In this document: positions 36,116 to 47,659 of the stretch, in pieces
How positions within the stretch are numbered: the stretch's first letter is position 1
How the letters are laid out: each line of letters starts with the position of its first letter
Source: Asterias rubens
Taxonomy: Eukaryota
DNA: 64,000 nt
Direction of reading: 5' to 3'
Assembly: GCF_902459465.1 (NCBI RefSeq)
Contig: NC_047062.1
Coordinates: 26,102,001 to 26,166,000, forward strand
Made by a program: the position numbers and the translations under genes
The notes under the pieces: generated by a model
Database searches by the model: none
What the model was told of the DNA's origin: nothing
The model's input: the letters and a program-made list of their open reading frames with translations, nothing else

Positions 36116-36409
36116 GGTGCGTTCGATGATCCCTGGGTCGACCCCGCGGTTCCCATCAAGCTAATCGAACGATCACACTCGCCCTCTCGTGGTAACGTCA
36201 TGCACCTCGGGTCACCCCAAGTGACCCACTCCACAAGCAGGGCATTTTTGGCTGACCCGGGTGAGCCCCTGGATTGACGTTAAACCTATTTGAACGCACC
36301 GGGGCAGACCGGGGTCGACCCAGGGAAGCTAAACGAACGCACCCAAAGCTATTCGAACGCACCGGGGGCAGGCCGGGGTTGACCCAGGGATGCTAAACGA
36401 ACGCACCCA
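36116..36409. mobile_element. GC-rich MITE with duplicated right end (Harbinger-like)
   Basis: Left end GGTGCGTTCG...CCCTGGGTCGACCCC; right end GGTCGACCCAGGG..GCTAAACGAACGCACC present twice (~36310-36343, ~36375-36409). Confidence 0.6.
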
Positions 36410-36849
36410 GTAAAACCTTTCTAGACACTGTACATGTAGTTTAGAAACTTGTCGGTCGGTCATGTGCCTTTAGTGTCCACTGCCTTTAACCCCTAAAAAT
36501 CAGGTCATTTGTAAAATGACCTGAAACAAATATTATTGTTCGGTATAAATTACAGTTGAACGGATAACAAAACAAACAAACAAGCATTGCCTTACAATGT
36601 AGATACATGAAATGACTATAAACAATATTCTACTTCAATGCTCTGGCACGCTCAAAATCGAAACCAAAAAGGTAATATTAAACTCATGTCCAACATTGTC
36701 ATTGAACCTAGGAGGTTATCTTGAATCCAGGTATGTGTAAGTTTAATATTGATAAACAATGACTGGAAATAACAGATCAGCTTCTGTGACACTTTGCAGT
36801 TCATAGTTTCAAGGTTGTTGGTTAAAACCTTTATGGTGCAAAGGCGGAC

Positions 36850-37061
36850 TTTCAAACCATATGAGTCAAATGTTTGACTCCCATAAATGGCCGACTGTGT
36901 TAGTTCGCACAATAAAAGAAAAACACGCAATTTCGAGGCAAACTTGTGCGGATCATTGTATTCTACTTTTAAAACATCTTTCCAACCATATGCATTTTAT
37001 AAAAAACGGTTACAGACGCTTTTTATAAACCAACTCATCCGATCCAAGGCAACGTGTTCCT
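36850..37061. mobile_element. Truncated TTAA MITE family B
   Basis: Ends CCGATCCAAGGCAACGTGTTCCT|TTAA; left end missing. Confidence 0.8.
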
Positions 37062-37646
37062 TTAACTATTAAGCGAGCAATGTTGTCCAAGTGTACTGCA
37101 ATAACTGGGGCGTTTAAATCCACACCACGGGTGTTGTCACATGCCAAGAAGAGAATCAAAATAATACACCATAGAGTGCTAAAATAACACCCACTTCTTT
37201 AAAATCAATTACATTAGTGTTATTTTAACACCATTGGCCTATGTGACAACACCTACGGTCTCAGTATTTAACACCCCAGTTTTCCCAGTTTGTATTGATG
37301 GTGCACCACTCATGGTTTTAAAGTCATAACTTCATGTAAGAAGGTCCATTTGTAATGTTATTGAAGCTGTGTTTTGTTGTATCATTTTTAATAGATACAA
37401 AAACCCAAAGTATAAATCAGAAATTAGTCATTAACAATTTCTTCTTTACAAATAATTTGCCTACATCCTTCATTTCAATGTTAACCATGGAGATCCAAGT
37501 AATGGTATCGGGATGTTGCATGGACCTGGTAATACTTTTACTCGTACTCCCAACGTAGGCTAGGCCTATACGCATACTCGAGTAGGCCTGCTATTTGGAT
37601 ACCTATGTGTATTTGGTACCGGCAAGTTCTTGGTACCCGGCCAAAA

Positions 37647-37648
<2 letters not shown>

Positions 37649-37678
<30 letters not shown>
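37649..37678. repeat. (TAA)10 microsatellite
   Basis: Direct reading. Confidence 0.98.
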
Positions 37679-38182
37679 GGGATCTGTGTAAGAAGTATGG
37701 TGTCAAAGTGCTTGCGAAATGGTACGACCATGTTCCGGAGAAAGTTGTAGAGACCGACCAGGTCAAGATCCTATGGGACTTTAACATTCAGACCGATCAT
37801 GTTATACAACATAGGCGTCCGGATGTTGTGCTATTAGATAAGACGAAGAAGATGTGTCATCTCATTGACATAGCTGTGCCAGGTGATATAAGGGTAGCTT
37901 CGAAGGAGATGGAAAAGATCGAGAAGTACCAGGACCTGGCCAGGGAACTTCGTAAGATTTGGCAGGTAAAGGTAAAAGTAGTCCCCGTGGTGGTTGGAGC
38001 ACTTGGCACCATTCCCAAAGCACTGGGGAAACATCTAGATGAAATAGGGACAAATGTGAGGGTAGATCTGTTACAGAAGGCAGCGCTTTTGGGAACAGCG
38101 AGGATCCTGAGAAAGACCCTTGAGATCTAAGGCTACGGGACGTAGCCCGACTCGAGGAGTTACCGGCAACCAGTAGAATAAT
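37679..38182 (+). mobile_element. 5'-truncated R4/Dong-like non-LTR retrotransposon (restriction-like endonuclease domain + 3' UTR)
   Basis: KWYDHVPEKVVE...ILWDFNIQTD...RRPDVVLLDK...IDIAVPGD...EKIEKYQDL...VVPVVVGALG = RLE PD-(D/E)xK C-terminus, open to stop at 38130; begins directly after (TAA)10, ends ...CAGTAG-AATAAT. Confidence 0.88.
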
Positions 38183-38699
38183 CTTATTCGATTGTATATA
38201 GCTATCCAGACATATTAAGGGTTATGGGGGTAAAGTCTAACTGTTGAAGGATATCCTCATATATAATGATACAACTTATAATGATACAAAAAATTACTAA
38301 GCGTCAGTCAGTTGCATCGACCACTTTTCATTATTGATTTATTTTTCAAGAGTTTGGGTCTCCTAAAAAGTTCGTTACAACTGCCCTGAACTTTGTGCTG
38401 TTTTACAGTGTTTAAATGTTTTTACGGAAATGGTTAACACAAACTCAATAAGTCATCATTATTGTTGGGTATGATTACGTCACCAATAATTAAACGAGGA
38501 GAACGCATCTGTGAGGAACGAGATTCGCTCGTCCCCAGCGCCATGCTTTAGACAAGACTGGCCGCTGGGACCGAGCGAATAAAATGAGATTGAGGCCAGG
38601 GTAAAGTCAAAGGAGGGCGCTAGACATAGGAGTACATCAGAGCCGTATATTAGGCTCTGGAGTACATCACAGGAGGGCGCTATCTCCAATTGAGCCAAG

Positions 38700-38853
38700 A
38701 AGAAAAAAATTGCGTAAAAAAATTCGTAATCGTATCGTTGAGAGCAGACGACAGTAACAGGATGGGAAACGGATTGAAAAACATGCTTTAAATATTTAGC
38801 TCAAGTTATGTTTCTTTCTGAATGTATATATATGCGGTAACCCTTCTTCTGAG
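38700..38853 (+). other. ADCK1: Candidate non-coding first exon of ADCK1
   Basis: Strong donor GAG|GTAAGA at 38853/38854 and a pyrimidine-rich acceptor at 40042 just before the ATG; start position approximate. Confidence 0.4.
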
Positions 38854-39371
38854 GTAAGAACAAAATTCAGTGGTTTTGGAGTTAATTAATTAAGGGCGGA
38901 TAAATTGGTGGCGACGTGTGGAAAATTAAGCCTGAGTTAAGTCACATTTTGGTTGAGTAAACCATGTGATTTCTACCTCCATGATCATGCTATATAGTAG
39001 ACCATTGTGTTAACTGGGCGCTGTATTTCTTTTTTCGTTATTTTGACATTAATAATAATATGATCATATGACCGATAATGTCAAAATTTGGAAAACAGGA
39101 ATACAGCGCCACAGTTACTGGGTCTACCTCCATGCTTAAAGTTAAACTAACGTCGAAAAAAAATCCTACCTCCAGCTCCAGTCTACTTCTAAATATAAGT
39201 TCTAGAAAGTAGAAACTAATTGGCTCCGTGAGGAGCCTTCCCCTTATGTTTTATTTAAAAGTTTCCAGGAAGGACCTCCAGTCTTGATGAGTAATCTTTA
39301 ATATAATATTGATTTCACATGTGTTGAAGAATGTAGTTCTGCCTTGTCTGAACTTTAGCCCTATAATATAA

Positions 39372-39500
39372 GGCCGTGTCCGAAACGACGACTTCGGCTA
39401 CAGCTACGTCTAGATCAGCGCGTCTACCAGTGTTGAAGAATAGGCAGACGCGCGCGATCTAGCCGTAGCTGTAGCCGAAGTCGCCGTTTCGGACATGGCC
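39372..39500. mobile_element. 129-bp hairpin MITE (Harbinger-like)
   Basis: ~45-55-bp imperfect TIR GGCCGTGTCCGAAACG.CGACTTCGGCTACAGCTACG; TAA/TTA flanks. Confidence 0.75.
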
Positions 39501-40053
39501 TTAGGCACATGCTATGGACATGATGATGATGCCTGGACTCCAGGCTGGAGCTGGACAGCAGGGTTGCAATGTAAATGTGTGTTTCTAGACAAATGAGTTC
39601 ACCTCCTGGAGAGAGAGAAGGCGTATTTAAGTAGTGCCAAGACTCTTCTTGTTTGGACTCAAATACAAAAATAGTTAAATAATAAAATACACTCTTGGCA
39701 ACTTTGGATTCAAATACACTGGACTCCCTCCACTTCTCTTGTTGGCAAGAGAAATGGAGGGATCAGTCCGGTATAGGGGCTTACCCGCTATATGGTGGCC
39801 AGTAATCTCTGGCTTGCATTGGCTTGGGAACATTTGTAGGTGTACCAAGGCATGAATATGGCAACAGAGCTGGCCATTTGGTGCTTCTGGATCCTTAATT
39901 ATAGTTTCTAGAAGAAATGTTCTGTATATAAAAATAACAAAAAATGTACTTTTTCTCTACTGGAGAAATAGTCGTTTTTCATATCAAAATGGAGCACAAC
40001 AAATAAAATATTGACTGTTTTTCCCTTTTTTTTTCTCTCAAGAATTAGGTAGA

Positions 40054-40236
40054 ATGGCATTGAGACGATTCCTGAAGCACTCTCAACGAAGCGGCTATGT
40101 CCTACCCATCTCAGTTGTATCAGTTGCCACTGTTGGTTCTTCAGGGATGTGGCTCAACTACAAGAACAACAGCAAGACTATCAAGTCCAACTGGTCATCG
40201 CTTGGTGCAGTCAGATTTGGAAGAGCATTTTTTAGT
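40054..40236 (+). CDS. ADCK1: ADCK1 coding exon 1 (mitochondrial-type leader)
   Basis: MALRRFLKHSQ...SLGAVRFGRAFFS|gtaaac; 183 nt; GAVR.GRA as in ADCK1. Confidence 0.9.
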
Positions 40237-41040
40237 GTAAACATTTTGTTGTTGTTTTTCTTTTATTTTTGCCTAAGTATAAAGCCTTGTTTATACTTCC
40301 TGCGAATGTTTCGTGCGAAGAAAATTGTCTTTCATCACAATTGGAAGGGGAATGTGTACCGATTGTTATGTCATCAAAATTTGCTTCACCTTCGCATAAA
40401 GTATGAACCGGGCTTTATTCATTATTGTAAATAATGCAAAATGGATCTTGCAAACTATTTTTTTAGTTGACCTAGCCTTAATCCTCACAGTCTCAATTCC
40501 CTGATGATACCTTATTGGCATAAGTGAAAGTCTTAGGACTGGGGTCAGTGAGTCCAAAAAAACAATTGGTTATCACAGGGTCAAGGACTCGGGCATTCTA
40601 ATCTTATCTAAGTCCAAGCATTTTGGTGTGGAGTGACATAGAAGAAGAGGATATTGGAGGATACTACACCCTAATCAGGTCTTGAAAAAAGACCATGGTG
40701 GCACCCACAGCAATCGCTGTGGGTGCCCTCACTGCCCTGTGTGCTTCTGATGTGTTGCCCTTTGCAAATTCGCAATGTAACTTGACATTGTCCTCATAGA
40801 ATGCGTTTTCTTTTTGTCGTTATCGTTTTCGTTATCGCTGCAGTGTGACTCAGCCTTTAGAAGGAGTCAGATAATTTCTGTTTGAGCTAGAGAAATAAGA
40901 AATATAAATGTTAGGGTTTGTATTTAATACATACATTTCAACCCTTTCATCAGATTGTGTTTCCTTAAATGTAACTTAATATCTCAAAATATCTTTGTCT
41001 TAAATTTACCTCTTTGCCATTTTCTGTTTTATTTGAACAG

Positions 41041-41124
41041 GCTGCATTTGTGGCATTGGATTACAAATTCTCGTTGTTTGGTTTGGACAGGACAACGGAG
41101 AAGTACACAGAAGTTAAATCAAAG
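41041..41124 (+). CDS. ADCK1: ADCK1 coding exon 2
   Basis: gaacag|AAFVALDYKFSLFGLDRTTEKYTEVKSK|gtacca; 84 nt. Confidence 0.92.
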
Positions 41125-41859
41125 GTACCAACCGACTTGTGAATTGTTGTTTTTCATCACAGTAAAAGATACTCTCGTAATCCTGTTCAAAGGTCTCAAG
41201 AGAATACATTAATAACATGAGATTTGGGACTTGCCCATTGATCCATTTCACCTGAACTTGGTTTTCCGAGAGCATCAATAGTAATTATTTTGGCATTCCA
41301 AATTATAATGTGGGGGAGTGGCACTCTATACAAGCATTGACGTCCAAATCGTGAGTTTGACATTTTTGTTCCGGCTGAACTTGAGGTTTTTATGGGTCAT
41401 GCCTTCCACGCCCCCTTACTGGCTTACTGGATTGATATTATGTGTAGTATATCACCCTTCTGCATCTCCCCATGATTTGCTCCTGATAGAACACATCTTC
41501 TACAGTCGATCACCTGCTGGCCAAGTACCCTGGGGCTGGTGCCGCCATCTTAGGAGAGTTTAACAAATTGGACACTGACGTAATATGTCGGCTTAGCGGT
41601 TTGAAGCAAGTTGTAAACATTTCTACCAGGTGTCAAGCCTAAATGTAATAAATAGAGTATGGGGCCTTTTAAAAGAAGCAGAAGCTTGTAAAAAACAGAC
41701 GGACATGCAAACAAAAGGACAGACGAACATCTGAAATGATGACTTCTCTGACACATGATAGATCAGAGGAAACACAATGAGCTCATAATAAGAGTAACTA
41801 TAAACATAAATATATGAATAGGAAACTTGCAGGTACAACCATGTGTAAAATCTCTTTCG

Positions 41860-41938
41860 AGGGAGTGTTGGCTCTGAGAAGTGGTGGTTTGGTCTCGACG
41901 TTTCGAACAGTTTACTCTGCTCGTCTGCAAGAGAGATC
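41860..41938 (-). mobile_element. Penelope-type terminal repeat relic with degenerate minimal hammerhead motif
   Basis: Minus strand TCTC-TTGCAGA-C-GAGCAG-agtaaa-CTGTTC-GAAA-CGT-C-GAGA: helix I, helix II and GAAACGUC intact, core CUGANGA changed at two positions. Confidence 0.55.
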
Positions 41939-42064
41939 ATGATAAGCGACAAGATGGCAGAACAGTTCAAGCAAAAGCAATACCAACTAATTATGTAACA
42001 ATGTACGCAATGTATTTGTATTAGTCTGTTGATGTAGATTTTTTTTTTTTGGCTCTCTTACAAG

Positions 42065-42268
42065 GTTCATCTACGGTGTGCTAAGAGGTTGTACAATCTG
42101 TGCTGCAACAATGGGGGCGTCTTCATCAAGGCAGGCCAGCATGTAGGTGCACTGGATTATCTGCTTCCTACAGAGTACGTCGAGACAATGAAGGTGCTCC
42201 ACAACGACGCCCCCTGCAGCGAGCTTGAAGATATTAAAAAGGTTGTGGAGGAGGATCTAGGTTCAAAG
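42065..42268 (+). CDS. ADCK1: ADCK1 coding exon 3
   Basis: VHLRCAKRLYNLCCNNGGVFIKAGQHVGALDYLLPTEY...EEDLGSK|gtaaac; KxGQ motif of UbiB/ADCK kinases; 204 nt. Confidence 0.97.
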
Positions 42269-42417
42269 GTAAACATCTCTGAAGCAAAGTCTATCAAAAT
42301 TGTCAAAGAAAGTATTAATTACAAGTCAAGTTTACCATCTGCACTCCAGTTAACCCCTTCAACACTGAAACCCAGCCAATGCTACATGAGCTCGCACACA
42401 CACAAAAGAGTCTAGCA

Positions 42418-42495
42418 TTCTCAAGAAGACAATCGGAGCACTCTGATTGAAACATCAAGCAGAAACCGGCTCTTCCCAGAGCCACCACTTACTCA
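42418..42495 (+). mobile_element. Second, more decayed copy of the hammerhead-like repeat
   Basis: tctcaagaagac-aatcgg-agcact-ctgatt-gaaacatc...cagagccaccact aligns with 41860-41938 in opposite orientation; core broken. Confidence 0.45.
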
Positions 42496-43507
42496 AAAAA
42501 GGAATGATGTCACAATTATTGTGAATGGTTTATTCAAATTTACAAAGTTTTTTACAGAGTAAAAAAAAAATGGAATAAACAATAAACAGGCAAAATCTAT
42601 ACAATAAAATTGTATTCAAACTCGGTTCTTATCAAGCCATTTTGAGATATGGTGGACACAATACTACAACACAATATGGATTGGGTCAATCTGTCTGTAT
42701 ACACCCAAACCAAATAGTGCACTCCTATAGTGTCAACCATACCTCAAAAAGGCTAATTTTGTGCATCTTCTTTCTCTAAAGGATTATTTGTGTTTTAACC
42801 TACTCAGCCTCTGGTCCCACCACTGCCAGCCGGTTTCACACCAAACACGGCCGTGCGAAACTTTGGTAAACTTTCCCAATATTTAGACATGTTGCAAAAC
42901 CAGACATAAATTCTTTTAGCTTTTGATTTTCTCAGATTTTGTTTGCAAAGGCCAGTTACATTTTTGCACTGGAGATTAAAAAAAGGTTAAATTTGGAAAG
43001 ATGAATAACTCTCCTTTTGCAAAGTCTGTCAGTGTGACTTGTTGATGGTCTTAAAGGTGTTCACATATCTGACACCTTTCAATGCAGGCAGGTACAGGGT
43101 TATTATAAGTTACTGTATCACACAAGCGCGAGTGAAATACGGAAAAATGTAGTGCTTCTGAGTCCCATATCCAATGAGGCCTACGAGGCAGACGCGCTAT
43201 TTTTGGGGGTATTCTACGAGCTACATGTTATAACGATTTTATTTTCCAGTCTCACATGCAAGGCGCCAAGCTTTAAATTTCAGATTGATATTTTGCGACG
43301 AACAGCATGCACGCGCAAAGTTTAGAATGTAATTTTTGCACTGTTCGTAAGCGGAGCGTGACGCATTAAAACTCACAATACACACTGTGCAATATTAAAA
43401 CTGGAAGTAGGTTATAGCTTTTTAAACCACCCTCAAGTTCTAACATCTGATTGGTGGTTTAGCACGTACTGGAAGATAAATTGATAAAATGTCCCTAAAC
43501 TTCTTAA

Positions 43508-43855
43508 AGACACTGGTCACTATTGGTAACAATTCAAAATAACTGTTAGCATAAAAAAACTCACAATGGAGAGCTGTTGATAGTATAAAATATTGTGAGA
43601 AACAGCTCCCTCTGAAGTAACATTGGTTTTATGAAGAGGTAGTTTCTCACTCAAATAATAAAAGAGACTTCAGCTGAAGTCTTTTATAGGCATCTGAAAG
43701 CACACAAATTTGTGCAACAATGGTATTTTTTCTTTCATTGAATACTTTCTAGCAACTGCAATGACCAATTGAGTCAAAATTTTCACAGATTTGTTACTAT
43801 ATGCATATGATGGGATACACTGGTCTTTGAAAATTACCAACAATGTCCAGTGCCT
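43508..43855. mobile_element. TTAA MITE family A
   Basis: AGACACTGGTCACTATTGG ... CAATGTCCAGTGCCT, TTAA on both sides. Confidence 0.8.
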
Positions 43856-43962
43856 TTAAATCATTCTCAACACAGTTTTATTTATCATTTTTTATGTTGG
43901 TGACGACCTCAGGTGAGCTGGATCAATTGATAAGATAATTTGTGTTTTTTTTTACTGTTCAG

Positions 43963-44121
43963 GCAAATGAAATGTTCGTGGGGTTCTCTGAGAAGCCAGT
44001 GGGAACGGCTTCACTAGCTCAAGTACATCATGCTACACTGAAGGACGGGAGGTCTGTGGCAGTCAAAGTTCAACATCCCTACGTCAAGGCTTACTCTGAC
44101 GTTGATATGAAGACAATTGAT
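43963..44121 (+). CDS. ADCK1: ADCK1 coding exon 4
   Basis: ANEMFVGFSEKPVGTASLAQVHHATLKDGRSVAVKVQHPYVKAYSDVDMKTID|gtaagt; A-rich loop and invariant Lys; 159 nt. Confidence 0.97.
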
Positions 44122-44498
44122 GTAAGTTTTATTCCTTTTCATGACTTCATGAAAACAAATACAGTGGACTCTTATTAATTCCAGTTTAGCTTCCTACATG
44201 AGCTGTTTAGGGATTACTAACTCAAGACTCAATACTGTTTTCCTCGTATTATCCGAACCTTTAATCGCAGGACAAGATCAATACAGATCAATATGCAAAT
44301 GTACACACACGTCATAGTGCATGTACTACACACGTATGTACAAGTATATGCTAAAACGGAGCAAAGCGCTTCCTAGTTCAGATCTTCTGAGCATCCTGTA
44401 CTCAAAAATATCAAAGATAAATCCATCTTTACTGACTAATTAATTATGAAATTGTTATAATGTTGTATTACTTAAAACAAAAATCATACCAAAGCGAT

Positions 44499-44623
44499 GT
44501 CAATGTGACCATGATGTGACAAATTCAGTAAGTACTGAATTTGTCACATCATGGTCACATTGACGTTGTGGTTGGCTGCATAGGCGCTAAGCAGTACTGC
44601 TTAGCGCCTATGCAGCCAACCAC
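44499..44623. repeat. Two adjacent perfect inverted repeats
   Basis: 44499-44564: 32-bp stem, 2-nt loop; 44568-44623: 56-bp perfect palindrome. Confidence 0.97.
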
Positions 44624-44829
44624 GACAGAAATACTGGGCAAACCTATTCCCTGAAGAAAAGTAGACTGGGTTATTATGCATGAATTTCCGAGTTTGGCCA
44701 CAAAAGCTTGAAAAGTTTACATCCTTTCCAGTGAGAGAGTATAATATTTACAATTAATTACTTGAGTCAGTAAACTTAATCGATGAACAGTTCCTTTGGA
44801 ACAAAATAATACATGGAGATAACAGGTGT

Positions 44830-45030
44830 AAGTTGCCTCTTTCTTCAATAGAGCATTCCTCTACTGCGTGCATTACACACATGACACACGCATGACATAG
44901 GACCTTCGGCTTAACATCCCAACCATGGTTAAATGTTTCGCTCAAGTGCCTTTTGCGGGACTTGAACTCACACTCTGACAATGCCAGAACTTGAGTCAAG
45001 TGCACCAGACCGCTTTAGCCACAACACTCA
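44830..45030 (-). mobile_element. tRNA-derived SINE
   Basis: gtggctaaagcggtct...gagttcaagtccc (A/B-box-like) then cacttgagc...catttaacc body; related copy at 48610-48800. Confidence 0.65.
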
Positions 45031-45042
45031 ACTAAATGAATG

Positions 45043-45345
45043 CGCCACATTTTTTACCGCGTGAGGCACTCTCAAACATATTTGTATCACTTTCGGGGGG
45101 GTATATTCATTCATACCCAAAACATTCATTAGAGACTGGGAAACATTACCACAACAGTCATTATATCCATCACAAACAATAAGACCTTAAGATGAGCCAC
45201 TTCAACCCAACTCTAAAGCAACTTAAAACTCCGGTGCAACAAAAGTCACAGAACGCCTATTAAAACTGCTGGACAAATCGCGTATACCCCCGGAAGTGAT
45301 ACAATTACTATTGAGAGTGCCCTCAGGCGGTCAAAAATACAACGC
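45043..45345. mobile_element. MITE upstream of ADCK1 exon 5
   Basis: Own TIRs TTTTTACCGCGTGAGG.ACTCTCAA / TTGAGAGTGCCCTCAGGCGGTCAAAAA; same family as 45586-45835 in opposite orientation. Confidence 0.75.
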
Positions 45346-45417
45346 AATCAGTAATCTTTCAATCTATAAACTTCACATCAACAGACCGATTTCAATTTAT
45401 TTTCTTTTGATTTCAAG

Positions 45418-45576
45418 TTTCTACTACGGACAGCATCCAGGATCTTTCCAGAGTTTGAGTTGCTTTGGCTGAGTGAAGAGATGCAGGAGAAATTACCGAT
45501 TGAGCTGGACTTTCTTCAAGAGGGACGTAGTGCAGAGAAAGCTTCCAAACTCCTTGGACATTTCAAGTTCCTAAAG
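45418..45576 (+). CDS. ADCK1: ADCK1 coding exon 5
   Basis: FLLRTASRIFPEFELLWLSEEMQEKLPIELDFLQEGRSAEKASKLLGHFKFLK|gtaacc; ELDF..E motif; 159 nt. Confidence 0.97.
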
Positions 45577-45585
45577 GTAACCAAT

Positions 45586-45835
45586 GCGCCTTATTTTTGA
45601 CCGCGCGAGGGCGCTATAAATAGTATTTTTACCACTTCTGCGGGTATACGTGATTCGCCCTGCAAAGTTTCAATAGGCGTTCTGTCACTTTTGTTGCGCC
45701 GTAGTTTCAATATGCTTTAGAGGTGGATTATAACGGCTCCTTCAAAAGTCTTAGATGTCTGTGGTGGTGATGTGTTCCAATCTTTAATACCCCGAAAGTG
45801 ATTGAGAGCGCCCTCACACGGTCAAAAATATGGCC
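45586..45835. mobile_element. MITE downstream of ADCK1 exon 5 (inverted copy)
   Basis: Reverse complement aligns with 45043-45345 (e.g. gcaacaaaagt.acagaacgcctatt.aaact). Confidence 0.75.
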
Positions 45836-46352
45836 CAATGTTTTTTTGTCACATCGTCTTACTGGATGACTACAATGTAAAAGATCTGTAGCGCGTCATT
45901 ATCTCCACTGTTCAAATGAATGCAAAAAGTTAATTATTTGTTTTATATGGAAGTCAAGTCCCTCTATGTCATATGATTGTAGGATAAAACCATGAGAATG
46001 AACAGAAGGTACAATATTGTGTTCTGACATCCAGTATGATGGTTGTTTGTACTGCTGTGTGTAACATATGGTGTGTGTAGCTTGCAATATTCATTTGGGT
46101 TTTACCCATAATATACACCAATGTATGTGAGCACTGTATACTCAGTACTTTCCTGAGATCTGTGAAAAAAATCACAGGCCCTGACCTTTGCAATTCTAGA
46201 GCAGTGACATAGTTGCAACTAGACCACCGAAATTACCTGGGAGCTAGAGGCAGTTGGATAGCGGCTTGCAATAGTTAAAAAGGATGGGACGAACTATATT
46301 GTCAGTGAGCTTTCAGATTGAAACTAATTAATTCAATTGTTCACTCATTAAG

Positions 46353-46469
46353 ATTCCAAAGGTACACTGGGATTTGTCTTCAACTAGAGTGTTAACAATG
46401 GAGTATTGTGAGGGAGGAAGGGTAGACGATGCCAAATACATGAAGCAACATGGAATCAATGTCAACAAG
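46353..46469 (+). CDS. ADCK1: ADCK1 coding exon 6
   Basis: IPKVHWDLSSTRVLTMEYCEGGRVDDAKYMKQHGINVNK|gtaagt; 117 nt. Confidence 0.97.
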
Positions 46470-47512
46470 GTAAGTAAAGGAACTAAGCCTGGGCAGCTAG
46501 TGCGACTAGTTTCGTATTCATGACTATTGGTTGCTTAGTCGGGTTGCTACTACCGTTTTTCAACTACTCGGTTAATCATGCTGCCACGGCTACTACAAAA
46601 ATAGTCGCAACTACTTCAAAAATAGTTGTGACTACCTGTTAGATGAACCAATTGTGTCGCTCACGACTATTCACGACAACATAATTTACTTACGAAACAC
46701 AATCAGACATCAGTGACCCAATCTTCTAAGTGCTCTGCCAGCAACTGTTTTTTTTAAGCAAAAACCAATTATGTAATGATCCCTTAAAGGCAAAGTATAC
46801 CTTCATTTTTTTTTAACCGTTTGGTTGTTTGAATTCTGTATAAATGTAGATGTGTACAATAAAACTAACCTGTGAAAATTAAATTGAGATACTGCATGAA
46901 ATCAGGAGCGCATCTGTCCATGCAAGAACGGTTCTCAGATTCAGATTCTGGGGCCTATAAACTTGTACTTTGTTTGATATAGTAGCCATATTTTTTTTGA
47001 AGCAAAATGCTTTGTACTATCACTGTAGCTTTTTTAAACTAAAAGTTTTAGTTTCCATTAATGTTAAGAGTGATTACCAAACCATCCCTTTAAGTCAAGA
47101 AGCGTTAAATAAAATCATATTTTTTGTTCCCAATGCAGATACTTCATTAATTGCGCCAGGAGCGTCACTGAGTGACGGACATGTACGCTATATAAGAAGC
47201 CAAAATTGTTATTATTATTAATGATTAGGGGTACCAACAATTTTCAACTGATGGGTGTTTGTTTTGGGGTTCAATGAGCGCACCTGTTTGGGGCTCTATT
47301 TCGCCTATAAGCCATTGTAAGCTTTGCTTCTTAGTGAGCTCCCCTGCAATTTCCCAAAAGTGAATTTTTGTAACACGTACATATTATTGCCTGTATTAGA
47401 GTTTTTACTGTGGAAACAAACATGAGACCTTGAAACTATGAATTTTTCTGTTGCTTTTCTCTTAAACATTTAACATTTCCTGTACACCCTTTTTTCTATC
47501 CTTTGTTTGTAG

Positions 47513-47659
47513 GTGACTCAAGATTTGGGCAAGATGTACAGTGAGATGATATTTGTGCATGGTTTTGTGCATTGTGATCCACATCCTGGCAACGTCCTTG
47601 TAAGAAAGACTCCTCAAGACAAGCATGAGATTGTTCTCTTAGATCACGGCCTCTATCAG
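47513..47659 (+). CDS. ADCK1: ADCK1 coding exon 7 (catalytic loop)
   Basis: VTQDLGKMYSEMIFVHGFVHCDPHPGNVLVRK...IVLLDHGLYQ|gtgaga; 147 nt. Confidence 0.98.

Noticed and set aside
37630-37678. Poly-Ile N-terminus of ORF 37630-38130
   Set aside because: Translation of the (TAA)10 target tract, not part of the element protein
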